NCBI GenBank assembly: GCA_016432645.1
Contig: CP066698.1
Coordinates: 901,062-965,061, forward strand
From: Candidatus Falkowbacteria bacterium
GTDB taxonomy: Bacteria; Patescibacteriota; Patescibacteriia; Patescibacteriales; UBA12465
Length of the DNA: 64,000 nt
Direction of reading: 5' to 3'
Shown here: in pieces, positions 1 to 9,790 of the stretch
Layout: every line of letters starts with the position of its first letter
Numbering within the stretch: the first letter of the stretch is position 1
The notes under the pieces: generated by a model
Told to the model about the DNA's origin: nothing
The model's database searches: none
Seen by the model: only the letters and a program-made list of their open reading frames with translations
Translations under genes and position numbers: made by a program

Positions 1-398
1 GGGTCATAAGGCATGCCTGTAGTGTCGCCAGCAATTGGATCAAGGTCAAATTTGCGCATAGTTTTCATTACTCGCCAAAGATGGTCGGGATGAGCGAAGG
101 TCAAGACAGTCTTTAATCCCTTGGGGATACAATATTCCGCGCATTGGCGCGAAACCTCGGAACTATCCAGATAGCGGCCGTCAGGAAGCCAATGGCGATA
201 AATAAGACGATTAACTTTAATGTCGGCGGGTAGGGCATCAGCGCAGTCTTTCTGGATAATTAGCGGCGCATTAGGAAAATTTTTGTGGGCTTCCACAACT
301 TTTTCAGCCAAGAATTTATTGCTAATTCCCGGGTCATCAACGCGCGGCCCGAAAGACTGGCAAAAAATTGCCTGAACTTTTTGTTCTGATGAATTCAT
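1..398 (-). CDS. hypothetical protein, C-terminal part cut by the window edge (weak guess: DUF218/YdcF-like)
   Basis: A minus-strand frame is open from the ATG (complement of 396-398; MNSSEQKVQAIFCQSFGPRVDDPG...) to position 1. It is absent from the ORF track because no stop lies in the window. Confidence 0.4.
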   Translation of the reverse strand, partial: MNSSEQKVQAIFCQSFGPRVDDPGISNKFLAEKVVEAHKNFPNAPLIIQKDCADALPADIKVNRLIYRHWLPDGRYLDSSEVSRQCAEYCIPKGLKTVLTFAHPDHLWRVMKTMRKFDLDPIAGDTTGMPYD

Positions 399-531
399 TT
401 TCGGTATTTTTATAGGTTAAAGTACAAATTATTTGATTTTAAATAATAATATAATTTTTTATATTAGTCAATAGGTGTTTAAAAATCATTATATTAAAGA
501 TATAATAAGAACAGCTTATAATAACAAATTT

Positions 532-1401
532 ATGCATATTCCGGTAAAAAAGTTAAATAATGGTTTAGAAATGCCAGTCCTTGGTTTTGGTACGTGGTTT
601 ATGGGCGGTAGTTTTGGACGGGAGGCTAATTATGATGAAACAGCTGATATCGCTGCCATTCAAAAAACTATCGAGCTTGGCGGCTATCGTTTTGACACGG
701 CTGAGATGTATGCCCTTGGTTATAGCGAAGAAATTTTAGGGCGTGCTTTGGCGGGTTATGACCGAACTAAGCTATTTATTACTTCTAAAGTTCTTCCTGA
801 ACATTTAGCGTATGATGACGTTATCGCGGCTTGCCAGGGAAGTTTAAAAAGGTTGGGCGTCGACTATTTAGATTTGTACCTTGTCCATATTCCTAATCCG
901 GAGGTAGATATCGCGGAAACAATGCGCGCTTTTGATTACTTAAAAGACCAGGGTTTGGTAAAAAATATTGGTGTTTGTAATTTTAACATTGAAAGGTTAA
1001 AAGCGGCTCAAGCAGCAACCAAGAACAAAATTGTTTTAAATCAGGTTCATTATAATTTAATTTTTCGAGAACCGGCTCTAAAAGGGGTGATCGATTATTG
1101 CCGCGAGCAAGATATTTTTGTTGAAGCTTGGCGGCCTGTACAACAGGGGAGCTTAACCAGAAAAGGGATTGAAGTAGTCGATAGGCTGTGTGAAAAATAT
1201 GGCAAGACGCCCGCCCAGATTGCTATTAATTGGCTTATTTCTCAACCGGGAGTAATTACTTTGGTAAAAGCTAGTAATTTGAAACATTTGGAGGAAAATT
1301 TTGGCGCCGTTGATTGGAATCTAAGCCCGGAGGATCTGGATTTGCTGAGACGCGATTTTCCGATTCAGCTTGATAGAAGTAATGCTGTTCAATTAAAATA
1401 G
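532..1401 (+). CDS. aldo/keto reductase family oxidoreductase
   Basis: The track ORF 475-1401 starts at GTG. The ATG at 532 gives MHIPVKKLNNGLEMPVLGFGTW, a typical AKR N-terminus. LDLYLVHIPN and a C-terminal AKR-like region are also present. Confidence 0.85.
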   Translation: MHIPVKKLNNGLEMPVLGFGTWFMGGSFGREANYDETADIAAIQKTIELGGYRFDTAEMYALGYSEEILGRALAGYDRTKLFITSKVLPEHLAYDDVIAACQGSLKRLGVDYLDLYLVHIPNPEVDIAETMRAFDYLKDQGLVKNIGVCNFNIERLKAAQAATKNKIVLNQVHYNLIFREPALKGVIDYCREQDIFVEAWRPVQQGSLTRKGIEVVDRLCEKYGKTPAQIAINWLISQPGVITLVKASNLKHLEENFGAVDWNLSPEDLDLLRRDFPIQLDRSNAVQLK

Positions 1402-1425
1402 TAAATAAAATTTATTAATCTAAAT

Positions 1426-3993
1426 ATGTTAAAAGATTGGCCGGAGTTGGATCAAATATCGCTTTTGGGGGTTAAGCAGTCTTTTCAGGCTTTAAATAGC
1501 GGGCCCAAAGGATTAAAAGATGCCGAAGTTGATTTAAGGCGAAAACGCTTTGGCGCTAATCAATTAGTTTTAGAAAAAAAACATCAAGCTCTGCGTAATT
1601 TGTTGGGCAAATTTTTAAGTCCGGTAATTTTGATTTTAATAATCGCCGGCTCTTTATCTTTGTTTTTTCATGATCGACGTTCGGCAATTGTAATTTATGT
1701 CATGGTTTTTTTGAGTATTATTTTAGATTTTATTCAAGAGTATAAATCGGCTAAAGCGGCGGCAAAATTACAGGAAAAAGTGGTGGTAAAAATAGAAGTT
1801 TGGCGCGACGGCCAAAAACGGCTTTTAAAATCCGCTGAGTTGGTACCCGGTGATTTAATTTCTTTAAGCGTCGGCTCGATCATTCCCGCTGACTGCCGTT
1901 TAGTTGAGGAGCATGGCTTATTTACCAATGAATCATCATTAACAGGTGAATCGTTTCCGGTTGCCAAAACCGATGCCGCTTCTAAAAATAAGGAGAATAT
2001 TTTATTTGCCGGGACTAATATCGTCAGCGGTTATGGGACGGCTTTAGTGGTGCGTACGGGCGCTAAAACTGATTTTGGTCAAATTGCCGCTAATCTCTCA
2101 TTGACCGAAGGTCCGACAGAATTTGAAAAAGGGATTAGGAGTTTTAGTATTATGGTCAGCCAGACCATTTTAATTTTGGTAATTGTCATTTTTTTTCTCA
2201 ACACTATTTTTAAAGGTTTTGACTGGTATAATTCTCTGTTATTTTCTCTGGCGCTCGCGGTCGGGTTAACCCCGGAATTATTGCCGATGATTGTTTCGAT
2301 TACGCTCGCCAAAGGCTCGCTGAGCATGTCTAAACACGGAGTAATTGTTAAGCGCCTAAACGCTATCCATAGTTTTGGTGCGATGAATATTTTATGTACC
2401 GATAAGACAGGAACTCTTACTGAGAATAAAATAAAATTAGTCAAGAATGTTGATATTTTCGGAACAGAAAGCAAGTTAGTTTTGGAACAAGCATATTTAA
2501 ATAGTTTCTTTCAAAGCGGATTAGTCAATCCGTTGGATGAGGCGGTTTTAAAAATAAAAATAAATATTATCCCTGGAGCCTATAATAAAATTGGAGAAAT
2601 CCCCTTTGATTTTAGCCGGCGCCGTTTAGCCGTTATTTTGCAAGCCAAGGCCGCGGCTAGCAAATTTTTCATTATTAGCAAGGGTGCTCCAGAATCCTTA
2701 TTTAATCTTTGTAATAAATATAACCAAGACGGTAAATTAAAAGAATTTTCCGCAATTGCCAAGGCCAAGGCTCTGGATGAATATCAAGCTTTAAGCCGTG
2801 ATGGTTTTCGAGTTTTGGCGATTGCTTATAAAGAAATCTCGGTCGGGAAAGAAGAGATAAAAAAAGAGAAAAAAGATATTTTAGCGCACGCCGCTGATTT
2901 TGAAAATGATATGATTTTGAGCGGTTTTATTGCTTTTTTTGATCCGCCTAAAAAAGCAGTCGCCAAAGCTATTAAAGATTTAAATCGCCAGGGCGTAGAG
3001 GTTAAGATTATTAGCGGCGACAATGATTTGGTAATCAAAAAAATCTGCCAAGAAGTCGCGTTGCCAGTTGCCGGTTATTTAAGCGGAGAAGAGGTGGAGG
3101 AATTGAGCCCGGAAGAGCTGGTCTTGAAAGTAAAAAATATTTCTGTTTTTTATCGCACCTCGCCTCAGCAAAAAGAAAAAATAATAAGAGCTCTAAGAGC
3201 GAGCGGCAACGTTGTCGGTTATTTAGGAGACGGGATTAATGATGCCTTACCGCTTAAAGCGGCTGATGTTGGAATCTCGGTTAATAACGGCGTTGATGTC
3301 GCTAAAGAGGCGGCTGACCTGATTTTATTAACTCATGATTTATCAGTTTTATCTTTGGGGGTTGATAGCGGCCGTAAAACTTTTGCCAACACCTTGAAAT
3401 ATATTCTAATGGGCTTAAGCTCTAATTTTGGCAATATGTTTTCTGTAGCCGCTGCCTCTTTCTTATTGCCCTTTTTGCCAATGACGCCTTTACAGCTACT
3501 GCTTAATAATTTTTTGTATGATTTTTCCCAGACCACTATTCCGAGTGACAATGTTGATTCCGAAATGATTGCTAAGCCGCGCCACTGGAGCACTAAAAAT
3601 ATTAGGAATTTAATGATTTTTTTGGGACCGATTAGTTCAATTTTTGATATACTGACTTTTATTATTTTATTTTTTGTGTTTAAACTTAATGAGAGCCAAT
3701 TTCAAACTGGCTGGTTCTTGGAATCTTTAGCTACGCAGATTTTAGTCATCTTCGTTATCCGAACAAAAAAAATTCCATTTTTACAGAGCCGTCCTAGCCG
3801 GTTGTTGTTTGTCTCTATTTTATTGGTCTTAGCCATTGCCTGGATGTTGCCGTTTATGCCATTCGCCTCTTATTTTGGTTTTGCTGCGCCGGATTATAAA
3901 GTTATGCTAGCCATTATGGTACTCGTGGCTGCCTATCTGATATTTACCCAGAAGTTAAAAGGCTATATCTTTAAAAAATTTTTGGATTACTAA
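1426..3993 (+). CDS. mgtA: magnesium-translocating P-type ATPase (MgtA-like)
   Basis: 855 aa. It carries the phosphorylation motif CTDKTGTLTENK, the hinge GDGINDALPLKAADVGISV, the MgtA-like segment LLNNFLYDFSQTTIPSDNVD, and multiple TM helices. Confidence 0.85.
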   Translation: MLKDWPELDQISLLGVKQSFQALNSGPKGLKDAEVDLRRKRFGANQLVLEKKHQALRNLLGKFLSPVILILIIAGSLSLFFHDRRSAIVIYVMVFLSIILDFIQEYKSAKAAAKLQEKVVVKIEVWRDGQKRLLKSAELVPGDLISLSVGSIIPADCRLVEEHGLFTNESSLTGESFPVAKTDAASKNKENILFAGTNIVSGYGTALVVRTGAKTDFGQIAANLSLTEGPTEFEKGIRSFSIMVSQTILILVIVIFFLNTIFKGFDWYNSLLFSLALAVGLTPELLPMIVSITLAKGSLSMSKHGVIVKRLNAIHSFGAMNILCTDKTGTLTENKIKLVKNVDIFGTESKLVLEQAYLNSFFQSGLVNPLDEAVLKIKINIIPGAYNKIGEIPFDFSRRRLAVILQAKAAASKFFIISKGAPESLFNLCNKYNQDGKLKEFSAIAKAKALDEYQALSRDGFRVLAIAYKEISVGKEEIKKEKKDILAHAADFENDMILSGFIAFFDPPKKAVAKAIKDLNRQGVEVKIISGDNDLVIKKICQEVALPVAGYLSGEEVEELSPEELVLKVKNISVFYRTSPQQKEKIIRALRASGNVVGYLGDGINDALPLKAADVGISVNNGVDVAKEAADLILLTHDLSVLSLGVDSGRKTFANTLKYILMGLSSNFGNMFSVAAASFLLPFLPMTPLQLLLNNFLYDFSQTTIPSDNVDSEMIAKPRHWSTKNIRNLMIFLGPISSIFDILTFIILFFVFKLNESQFQTGWFLESLATQILVIFVIRTKKIPFLQSRPSRLLFVSILLVLAIAWMLPFMPFASYFGFAAPDYKVMLAIMVLVAAYLIFTQKLKGYIFKKFLDY

Positions 3994-4026
3994 AACCGCC
4001 CCCTAGTTATCTTATTAATAAATATA

Positions 4027-4048
4027 ACGGGCCGTGAGGCCCGTTTTT
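4027..4048 (+). terminator. rho-independent terminator after mgtA
   Basis: ACGGGCC-GTGA-GGCCCGT forms a 7-bp stem with a tetraloop, followed by T5. It lies 34 nt after the mgtA stop. Confidence 0.65.
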
Positions 4049-4061
4049 AAATATATTACAT

Positions 4062-4601
4062 ATGACTTTAAATTCTCGCGAGCTTCGAAAGATTCCTTTA
4101 GAGTTATCGGAAAAAATAAAAAAAGAACGCGCCTACCAGCCGCTTTATATAGTTTTAGAAGATGTTTTAGATACTTATAATATTGGCGGTTTCTTCCGGT
4201 TAGCTGAGGCCATTGGCGCCTCCAAGTTGTATTTATGTGGCGGTTGTGCGACACCACCGGATACTAAAATTACCAAGGCCTCCGTGGGCGCTTATCAACT
4301 GGTTCCTTGGGAATATAAAGCCAGCACTCTAGAGGCGATTGCGGAAATTAGAAAAATAAAGAAAATTAAAATTATTGCCGTGGAACAGACGCCTCAGGCG
4401 GTAGATTATCGAAGCTTGAAATATAAATTTCCGCTCGCTTTTATTTTTGGCAATGAAACTGCAGGCTTAAAGAATGAAACTTTAAGTCTGGTTGATGGAG
4501 CAGTCGAGGTGCCGATGTATGGCATTAATAAATCGCTTAATGTGATGGTGGCCGCTGGGATAGTTTTGTATAAGTCGCTAGAAAAATTAAGAAAAAAATA
4601 A
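4062..4601 (+). CDS. SpoU/TrmH-family RNA 2'-O-methyltransferase
   Basis: 179 aa. NIGGFFRLAEAIGA, FIFGNETAGL and SLNVMVAAGIVLY match SpoU methylase motifs. Confidence 0.75.
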   Translation: MTLNSRELRKIPLELSEKIKKERAYQPLYIVLEDVLDTYNIGGFFRLAEAIGASKLYLCGGCATPPDTKITKASVGAYQLVPWEYKASTLEAIAEIRKIKKIKIIAVEQTPQAVDYRSLKYKFPLAFIFGNETAGLKNETLSLVDGAVEVPMYGINKSLNVMVAAGIVLYKSLEKLRKK

Positions 4602-4624
4602 TCATCGCCAAAATATATTGAGTC

Positions 4625-4669
4625 TTTACTTTTTTTTGTTTTTGAACTATAATCACACTACTTATAGTT
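4625..4669 (+). promoter_or_regulatory. putative suf promoter (TTTACT-N17-TATAAT) overlapped by a perfect inverted repeat, AACTATAA-N9-TTATAGTT
   Basis: The -35-like element is at 4625-4630 and TATAAT at 4648-4653. The 8-bp inverted-repeat arms are at 4645-4652 and 4662-4669, about 50 nt upstream of the Rrf2 regulator gene. Confidence 0.45.
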
Positions 4670-4719
4670 ATTAGGCGTTAGCCCTATTTTTAAGGGCCGC
4701 CGGTTAACTAATTAATATT

Positions 4720-5124
4720 ATGTTTCAAATTAAAACCCGGGTTGATTATGGTCTAATTATTATGCTGGAATTGGCGGCTAATGATAGTTCGCCGCTGTCT
4801 TTAACTGGCCTAGCTAAACGCCTCAAGGTTACTTCGGCGTACCTAATTCAAATTTCCCAACCGCTAACTAAGGCAGGGCTTATTAAAAGCCGGGAAGGAA
4901 CCAAGGGCGGCTATACGCTCGCTAAGCCGGCTGGCAAAATTTCTTTGTTGGCTATTTTTGAAGCACTGGAGGGAGATATTAAAAGGCGTTGCGTTTCTTT
5001 AGACGGAAAATGTCCGAACGCCAAAGATTGTAAGGCGCGCGGTCCTTGGGATATTGTTTTGGACGATATTAAATCAGCTTTAGGCAAGCGGAGCTTGGCC
5101 TCGCTTGTTGGAAAAAAATTATGA
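4720..5124 (+). CDS. Rrf2-family transcriptional regulator (IscR/SufR-like role inferred)
   Basis: 134 aa. It has an Rrf2 wHTH N-terminus (RVDYGLIIMLELA...LTGLAKRLKVTSAYLIQISQPLTKAGLIKSREGTKGGYTLA) and Cys residues at CVSLDGKCPNAKDC. Its stop overlaps the sufC start (ATGA). Confidence 0.85.
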   Translation: MFQIKTRVDYGLIIMLELAANDSSPLSLTGLAKRLKVTSAYLIQISQPLTKAGLIKSREGTKGGYTLAKPAGKISLLAIFEALEGDIKRRCVSLDGKCPNAKDCKARGPWDIVLDDIKSALGKRSLASLVGKKL

Positions 5125-5864
5125 ATTTATTAACTGTTAAAAATTTACGAGTTTCTGTCGGCGGTAAGACTATCTTAAATGATGTCAGTTTTACTATCAA
5201 AAAAGGAGAAACCGTCGTTATCATGGGACCTAACGGTTCCGGTAAGAGCACCTTATCCAATGTTTTGATGGGCCATCCAGCTTATCAGATTGAGTCTGGT
5301 AAAATTATTTTTAAAGGTAAAAATATTTTGGATTTAAAACCGGAAGCGCGGGCGGCTTTAGGAATATTTTTAGCTTGGCAGCAACCGCGGGAAATTGCCG
5401 GTTTGGATTTTTATCCTTTTTTGTTTGATTTTCATAAATCATTAGTTGCCGCGCGCGGCAAAACCGCTCCGAGCGTTTTTAGTTTTAAAAAGAAATTAGA
5501 CGCCGAGGTCGCCTTATTGCAAATTAAAGATGATTGGAGTAAGCGCTACCTTAATCAAGGATTTTCCGGTGGTGAAAAGAAAAAAGCGGAAATGCTCCAA
5601 TTAGCTTTAGCGGCGCCAACGCTGGCCGTCTTTGACGAGATTGATTCTGGTTTAGATGTCGACGCTTTGAAGGTTGTCGGTCAGGCCATGGCCAGATTTA
5701 AGACTAAGGACACCAGCGCGATGATTGTGACTCATTATTTACGCATTTTAAAATATATTAAGCCGGATAAAGTAATTGTGATGAAGCAGGGTAAGGTCGC
5801 AGCGAGCGGCGGACCAGAACTAGCCAAGCGTTTAGAAAAATCAGGCTTTAAAAAAGTTTTATGA
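5121..5864 (+). CDS. sufC: Fe-S cluster assembly ATPase SufC
   Basis: Walker A GPNGSGKST, the ABC signature FSGGEKKK, and Walker B LAVFDEIDSGLD are present, and sufB follows. Confidence 0.95.
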   Translation: MNLLTVKNLRVSVGGKTILNDVSFTIKKGETVVIMGPNGSGKSTLSNVLMGHPAYQIESGKIIFKGKNILDLKPEARAALGIFLAWQQPREIAGLDFYPFLFDFHKSLVAARGKTAPSVFSFKKKLDAEVALLQIKDDWSKRYLNQGFSGGEKKKAEMLQLALAAPTLAVFDEIDSGLDVDALKVVGQAMARFKTKDTSAMIVTHYLRILKYIKPDKVIVMKQGKVAASGGPELAKRLEKSGFKKVL

Positions 5865-7300
5865 AAATGCCGCCCGAGGCTCTAAAAAAGAAAATCATTC
5901 CAAAAAAGAAGGACACAGTTAGTGCCCACGATTCTTTATGGGATTCTTATAACCAGTCGGAGTATATGTCCGGCACTAAGGTTGGTTTGGATGAAAATCT
6001 GGTTCGCTTTATTTCTCGGGAAAAACAGGAGCCGGAGTGGATGCTACAAAAACGTTTAGCCGCTTTGAAGTTATATCAGGAAATGCCTTTACCGACCTGG
6101 GGCCCTGATTTGACGCGTTTAGATTTGGAAAAAATTACTTATTACGCTCGTGCGACTGATAAGCAATCGCAAACCTGGGATGATGTTCCAGCTGATATCA
6201 AAGAAACTTTTAATAAATTAGGAATCCCTAAGGCAGAACAAGAAGTTTTGGCTGGCGTGGGCGCTCAATATGAATCAACGGTTATCTATCACAGCCTGAA
6301 AGAACAATTCCGCAGCCAAGGAGTAATTTTTGAAGATTTAGATGTAGCTTTGCAGACGCACGAAGAATTAGTTAAACAACATTTTATGCGCGCAGTGCCC
6401 CCGACTCTGCATAAGTTTGCGGCGCTCCATGGCGCCGTTTGGAGCGGCGGAACTTTTTTGTATATTCCGAAAGGAGTTAAAGTTGATTTGCCTTTGCAGG
6501 CCTATTTTCGAATGAATGCCAAGGGCATGGGACAATTTGAACATACTTTAATAATTGTGGAAGAAGAGGCGCAGGCTCATTATATAGAAGGTTGTAGCGC
6601 TCCGCGTTATGGCGTCGATTCCTTGCATGCAGGCTGTGTGGAGGTCTATGTCGCTAAGAAGGCTCGCTTCCGTTATAGCAGTGTGGAAAGCTGGAGCAAA
6701 GATGCATATAATTTAAATACTAAAAGAGCTCTGGTTCAAGCGGGTGCGCATATGGAATGGGTGGGCGGTAATTTTGGCAGTAATGTGACCATGCTTTATC
6801 CTTGTTCAGTTTTATTGGGGGAAGGGGCGAGTGCTGATCACTTGGGAGTGGCTTTTGCTAACCACGGGCAGATTCAGGATACTGGTGCCAAAGTAATCCA
6901 TCTAGCGCCGAAAACCACTTCCAATATTGTGATGAAGAGTATTAGCAAGGATGGCGGCCGCGCCGTCTATCGCGGTTTGGTGGAAATCAGCGCGGCGGCC
7001 GAGGATGCCGTTTCCAACATTAAATGCGATGCTTTAATTTTAGATCCGCAGTCGGCTTCCGATACAATTCCGATGATTAAAATAAATAATCCTAGCGCCG
7101 TGTTAGCGCATGAAGCGACGGCCGGCAAATTAAATGATGAGGATATTTTTTATCTGCGCAGTCGCGGTTTAAGCGAAAGCGAAGCCAGCGCAATGATTGT
7201 TAACGGTTTTATTAATCCGATTGTTAAGGAATTGCCTTTAGAATACGCCGTGGAGATGAATCGAATGGTAGAATTAGAGATGGAAAATAGCGTCGGTTAA
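5861..7300 (+). CDS. sufB: Fe-S cluster assembly scaffold SufB
   Basis: 479 aa. It shows typical SufB segments (FEHTLIIVEEEAQAHYIEGCSAP, AHEATAGKLNDEDIFYLRSRGL). Its start overlaps the sufC stop. Confidence 0.95.
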   Translation: MKMPPEALKKKIIPKKKDTVSAHDSLWDSYNQSEYMSGTKVGLDENLVRFISREKQEPEWMLQKRLAALKLYQEMPLPTWGPDLTRLDLEKITYYARATDKQSQTWDDVPADIKETFNKLGIPKAEQEVLAGVGAQYESTVIYHSLKEQFRSQGVIFEDLDVALQTHEELVKQHFMRAVPPTLHKFAALHGAVWSGGTFLYIPKGVKVDLPLQAYFRMNAKGMGQFEHTLIIVEEEAQAHYIEGCSAPRYGVDSLHAGCVEVYVAKKARFRYSSVESWSKDAYNLNTKRALVQAGAHMEWVGGNFGSNVTMLYPCSVLLGEGASADHLGVAFANHGQIQDTGAKVIHLAPKTTSNIVMKSISKDGGRAVYRGLVEISAAAEDAVSNIKCDALILDPQSASDTIPMIKINNPSAVLAHEATAGKLNDEDIFYLRSRGLSESEASAMIVNGFINPIVKELPLEYAVEMNRMVELEMENSVG

Positions 7301-7305
7301 ATATT

Positions 7306-8076
7306 ATGAAAGAAATAGTTATTGCCAAGCGTCAGAAAAAAGTTGTGGTTCCCGATGGAACTGAGGCTTTTATTATTGATAAGCCGCTAGCTCAGACTGG
7401 GATTGCTAAGAAACCTGTAAAAAATATTCAGATTATTATTGGCCGTAATTGCCGGGTTAAATATATTTTTCTGGCCGGTATAAATAATCTTTCAGATTCG
7501 CAAAATCGGGAGTTAATCATCGGCGATAAATCTCAGGTGGTTTCTTATCGCGCTTATTTTGGTGCTGGCGCTAATGATTCAAAATTTGTTAACAGCCTGG
7601 GGAAAGAGGCTGACTTTGAGAGCCGAGTCTTATTTTATTTTTCCGGCCATGATTCTTTAACGGCTAACGATGATTACGTTTTTGCTAAACCAGGAACGCA
7701 GGGCCGCTTTTCAGTAGTCGGACTTTTAAACGGAGAAGCGATTGCTAAATATTATTCCAATATTATAATTAAGCCGCTAGCGCAACAGACGGATTCGCGC
7801 ATTGATATGAAGCTGTATTTGATGAGCCGGACTGCTAAGGGTGTAATGCTTCCGGGATTAAAAATTGATGCCAATGAAGTTAAGGCGGGCCACGGAGCCA
7901 GCACTTTCCAGCTCTCGCCGGAAGATATTTTTTATTTGCAGAGCCGCGGTTTGACTGAAAAGCAAGCGCGCGAGTTAATAATTAATTCTTTAACTGCTAG
8001 GTTTACGGATGGTTTGCCGCTTAAGTTTAAAAAAGAAATTGACTCTGAAATTAAGAAAAAGAACCGATCTAAATAA
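7306..8076 (+). CDS. sufD: SufD-like Fe-S assembly protein (short form)
   Basis: 256 aa. The C-terminus, AGHGASTFQLSPEDIFYLQSRGLTEKQARELII, is paralogous to SufB. The gene sits between sufB and sufS. Confidence 0.75.
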   Translation: MKEIVIAKRQKKVVVPDGTEAFIIDKPLAQTGIAKKPVKNIQIIIGRNCRVKYIFLAGINNLSDSQNRELIIGDKSQVVSYRAYFGAGANDSKFVNSLGKEADFESRVLFYFSGHDSLTANDDYVFAKPGTQGRFSVVGLLNGEAIAKYYSNIIIKPLAQQTDSRIDMKLYLMSRTAKGVMLPGLKIDANEVKAGHGASTFQLSPEDIFYLQSRGLTEKQARELIINSLTARFTDGLPLKFKKEIDSEIKKKNRSK

Positions 8077-8078
8077 TT

Positions 8079-9284
8079 ATGATCAAAAGAACAGATTTTC
8101 CAATTTTAAATAAAAAAATCCAGGGACAGCCTTTGGTTTATTTTGATAATGCTTCAACCGCTCAAAAATCGTATCCGGTTGTCAAAGCGCTTAGTGATTT
8201 TTATAAAAATGAAAATGCTAATGTTCATCGCGGCTTAAACCCGCTAGCTAATGAGGCTACTAAAAAATATGAAGCGGCTCGTGATTTAGTAGCAAAATTT
8301 ATTGGCGCCCAAAAAGAGGAAATTATTTTTACTCCAGGCGCGACCGCCAGCATCAATTTAGTAGCCCGTTCTTGGGGTGAAGCTAATCTGCGCCCCGGTG
8401 ATATAGTTGTCTTGAGTATTGCCGAGCATCATGCCAATATTGTCCCCTGGCTGCAACTTCAGGAAAAAATTGGTATTAAGTTGGAATATATTCCGCTCAA
8501 GGCCGATGGTTCTTGGGATTTACTTACAGCTAAAAAATTGTTAAATAAGCGTCGAGTTAAGTTATTAGCAGTTTCTCAAGTTTCTAATGTTTTGGGAATT
8601 ATTAATCCCGTTACCCAGTTGATCAAACTGGCCAAACAAAAAGAGATTATAACTTTAATAGATGCGGCGCAAAGTATCGCTCACTTGCAGATAAATGTTA
8701 AAAAACTAGGCTGCGATTTTTTGGTTTTTTCCGGGCATAAACTCGGCGGGCCGACAGGAATTGGCGTCCTATATGGACGTCAAGAATTATTGGCTACAAT
8801 GCCGCCTTTTATGGGTGGCGGCGATATGATTAGCTTTGTAAAAACAGATAGCTTTGGCGTCAGCGAGTTGCCTTATAAGTTTGAAGCGGGGACACCTAAT
8901 ATCGCCGGAGTAATTGGCTTGGGAGCAACCATAAAATATCTAGAGAGCGTTGGTTATTATAATATTCAAAAACAAGAACAGCAATTGACCGCTTATTTTT
9001 TACAGAAAATTGAAAAATTAGCAGCAGTAAAAATTTTAGGCACTGCCAAAAATAAATTACCGATTTTTTCTTTGACTATTGAAGGAATTCATCCCCATGA
9101 CGCCGCTGATATTTTAGGTCAGACGGGGATTATCTTACGTGCCGGCCATCATTGTGCTCAACCTTTACATGATTATTTTGAAGTACCGGCAACTTTGCGC
9201 GCCAGTCTCAGTTTTTATAATACTAAAAAAGAAATTGATTATTTTATTGCCCGTTTGCAGGAATTAATAAAGGCATTTAAGTAA
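8079..9284 (+). CDS. sufS: cysteine desulfurase SufS (class V aminotransferase)
   Basis: 401 aa. It has the PLP-lysine context FLVFSGHKLGGPTGIG, the active-site region RAGHHCAQPL, and a YFDNASTAQKS N-terminus. Confidence 0.9.
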   Translation: MIKRTDFPILNKKIQGQPLVYFDNASTAQKSYPVVKALSDFYKNENANVHRGLNPLANEATKKYEAARDLVAKFIGAQKEEIIFTPGATASINLVARSWGEANLRPGDIVVLSIAEHHANIVPWLQLQEKIGIKLEYIPLKADGSWDLLTAKKLLNKRRVKLLAVSQVSNVLGIINPVTQLIKLAKQKEIITLIDAAQSIAHLQINVKKLGCDFLVFSGHKLGGPTGIGVLYGRQELLATMPPFMGGGDMISFVKTDSFGVSELPYKFEAGTPNIAGVIGLGATIKYLESVGYYNIQKQEQQLTAYFLQKIEKLAAVKILGTAKNKLPIFSLTIEGIHPHDAADILGQTGIILRAGHHCAQPLHDYFEVPATLRASLSFYNTKKEIDYFIARLQELIKAFK

Positions 9285-9285
9285 T

Positions 9286-9660
9286 ATGGATATCTACGCC
9301 CAAAATATTATTGACCATTATAAGCATCCACGGAATTTTGGTGTTTTATCTGGCGCTGATTTTAAACAGCAGGAATTAAACGCGACTTGCGGGGATGATA
9401 TTACGGTTTTTTTAAAATTTTCCGGGACTAAACTGAAAACTTTGAATTTTATCGGTCAGGGTTGTGCAATTTCGCAGGCCGGAATCTCTATTTTAAGCGA
9501 AGAGTTGATTGGGAAAACCAAGAAACAAATTTTAGCTTATAACTTTGAGGATATTAAAAATATTTTTGGCGTGGAAATCAGCGCCCGAAGATATAATTGT
9601 GCGATGTTGGGTCTGCGGGCTGTCCAAAAGGCGATTAGCGACTTAGCAAGATCCAAATAA
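9286..9660 (+). CDS. sufU: SufU/IscU-type Fe-S scaffold or sulfur acceptor
   Basis: 124 aa. The motifs NATCGDDI, GQGCAISQA and RYNCAMLG supply three conserved Cys residues. Confidence 0.85.
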   Translation: MDIYAQNIIDHYKHPRNFGVLSGADFKQQELNATCGDDITVFLKFSGTKLKTLNFIGQGCAISQAGISILSEELIGKTKKQILAYNFEDIKNIFGVEISARRYNCAMLGLRAVQKAISDLARSK

Positions 9661-9790
9661 TAGCCGGCTTGTAAATATTGGAGAATTGTTTTAGTATAAA
9701 AGTATGAGTTTAAATAAATTAAGAAATTTGAACATTTCCTGGCAGGCCGCCCGCGATTAGGGTAGGCGATTTTGTTATATATTATTTCAG

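Noticed and set aside
475-531. N-terminal extensions from non-ATG track starts. Examples are GTG 475, TTG 17189, 16291, 25223, 40534, 40549 and 50165, and the ATG extension at 17140.
   Set aside because: In each case a downstream ATG gives an N-terminus matching the family norm, such as MKILIIEDD or MIIDTHAH. The extension would also cover promoter or terminator elements. I used the shorter models and state the alternatives in the evidence.
4015-4257. 80-aa minus-strand ORF
   Set aside because: It overlaps the mgtA terminator hairpin and the 5' part of the SpoU methyltransferase gene in antisense. The product is basic and low-complexity, so it is a shadow ORF.
5121-5864. Alternative genetic code (UGA recoded, as in some CPR lineages)
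   Set aside because: TGA terminates conserved proteins at their expected C-termini, for example the Rrf2 regulator at 5122-5124 and sufC at 5862-5864. Full-length housekeeping proteins contain no in-frame TGA. The standard bacterial code fits.
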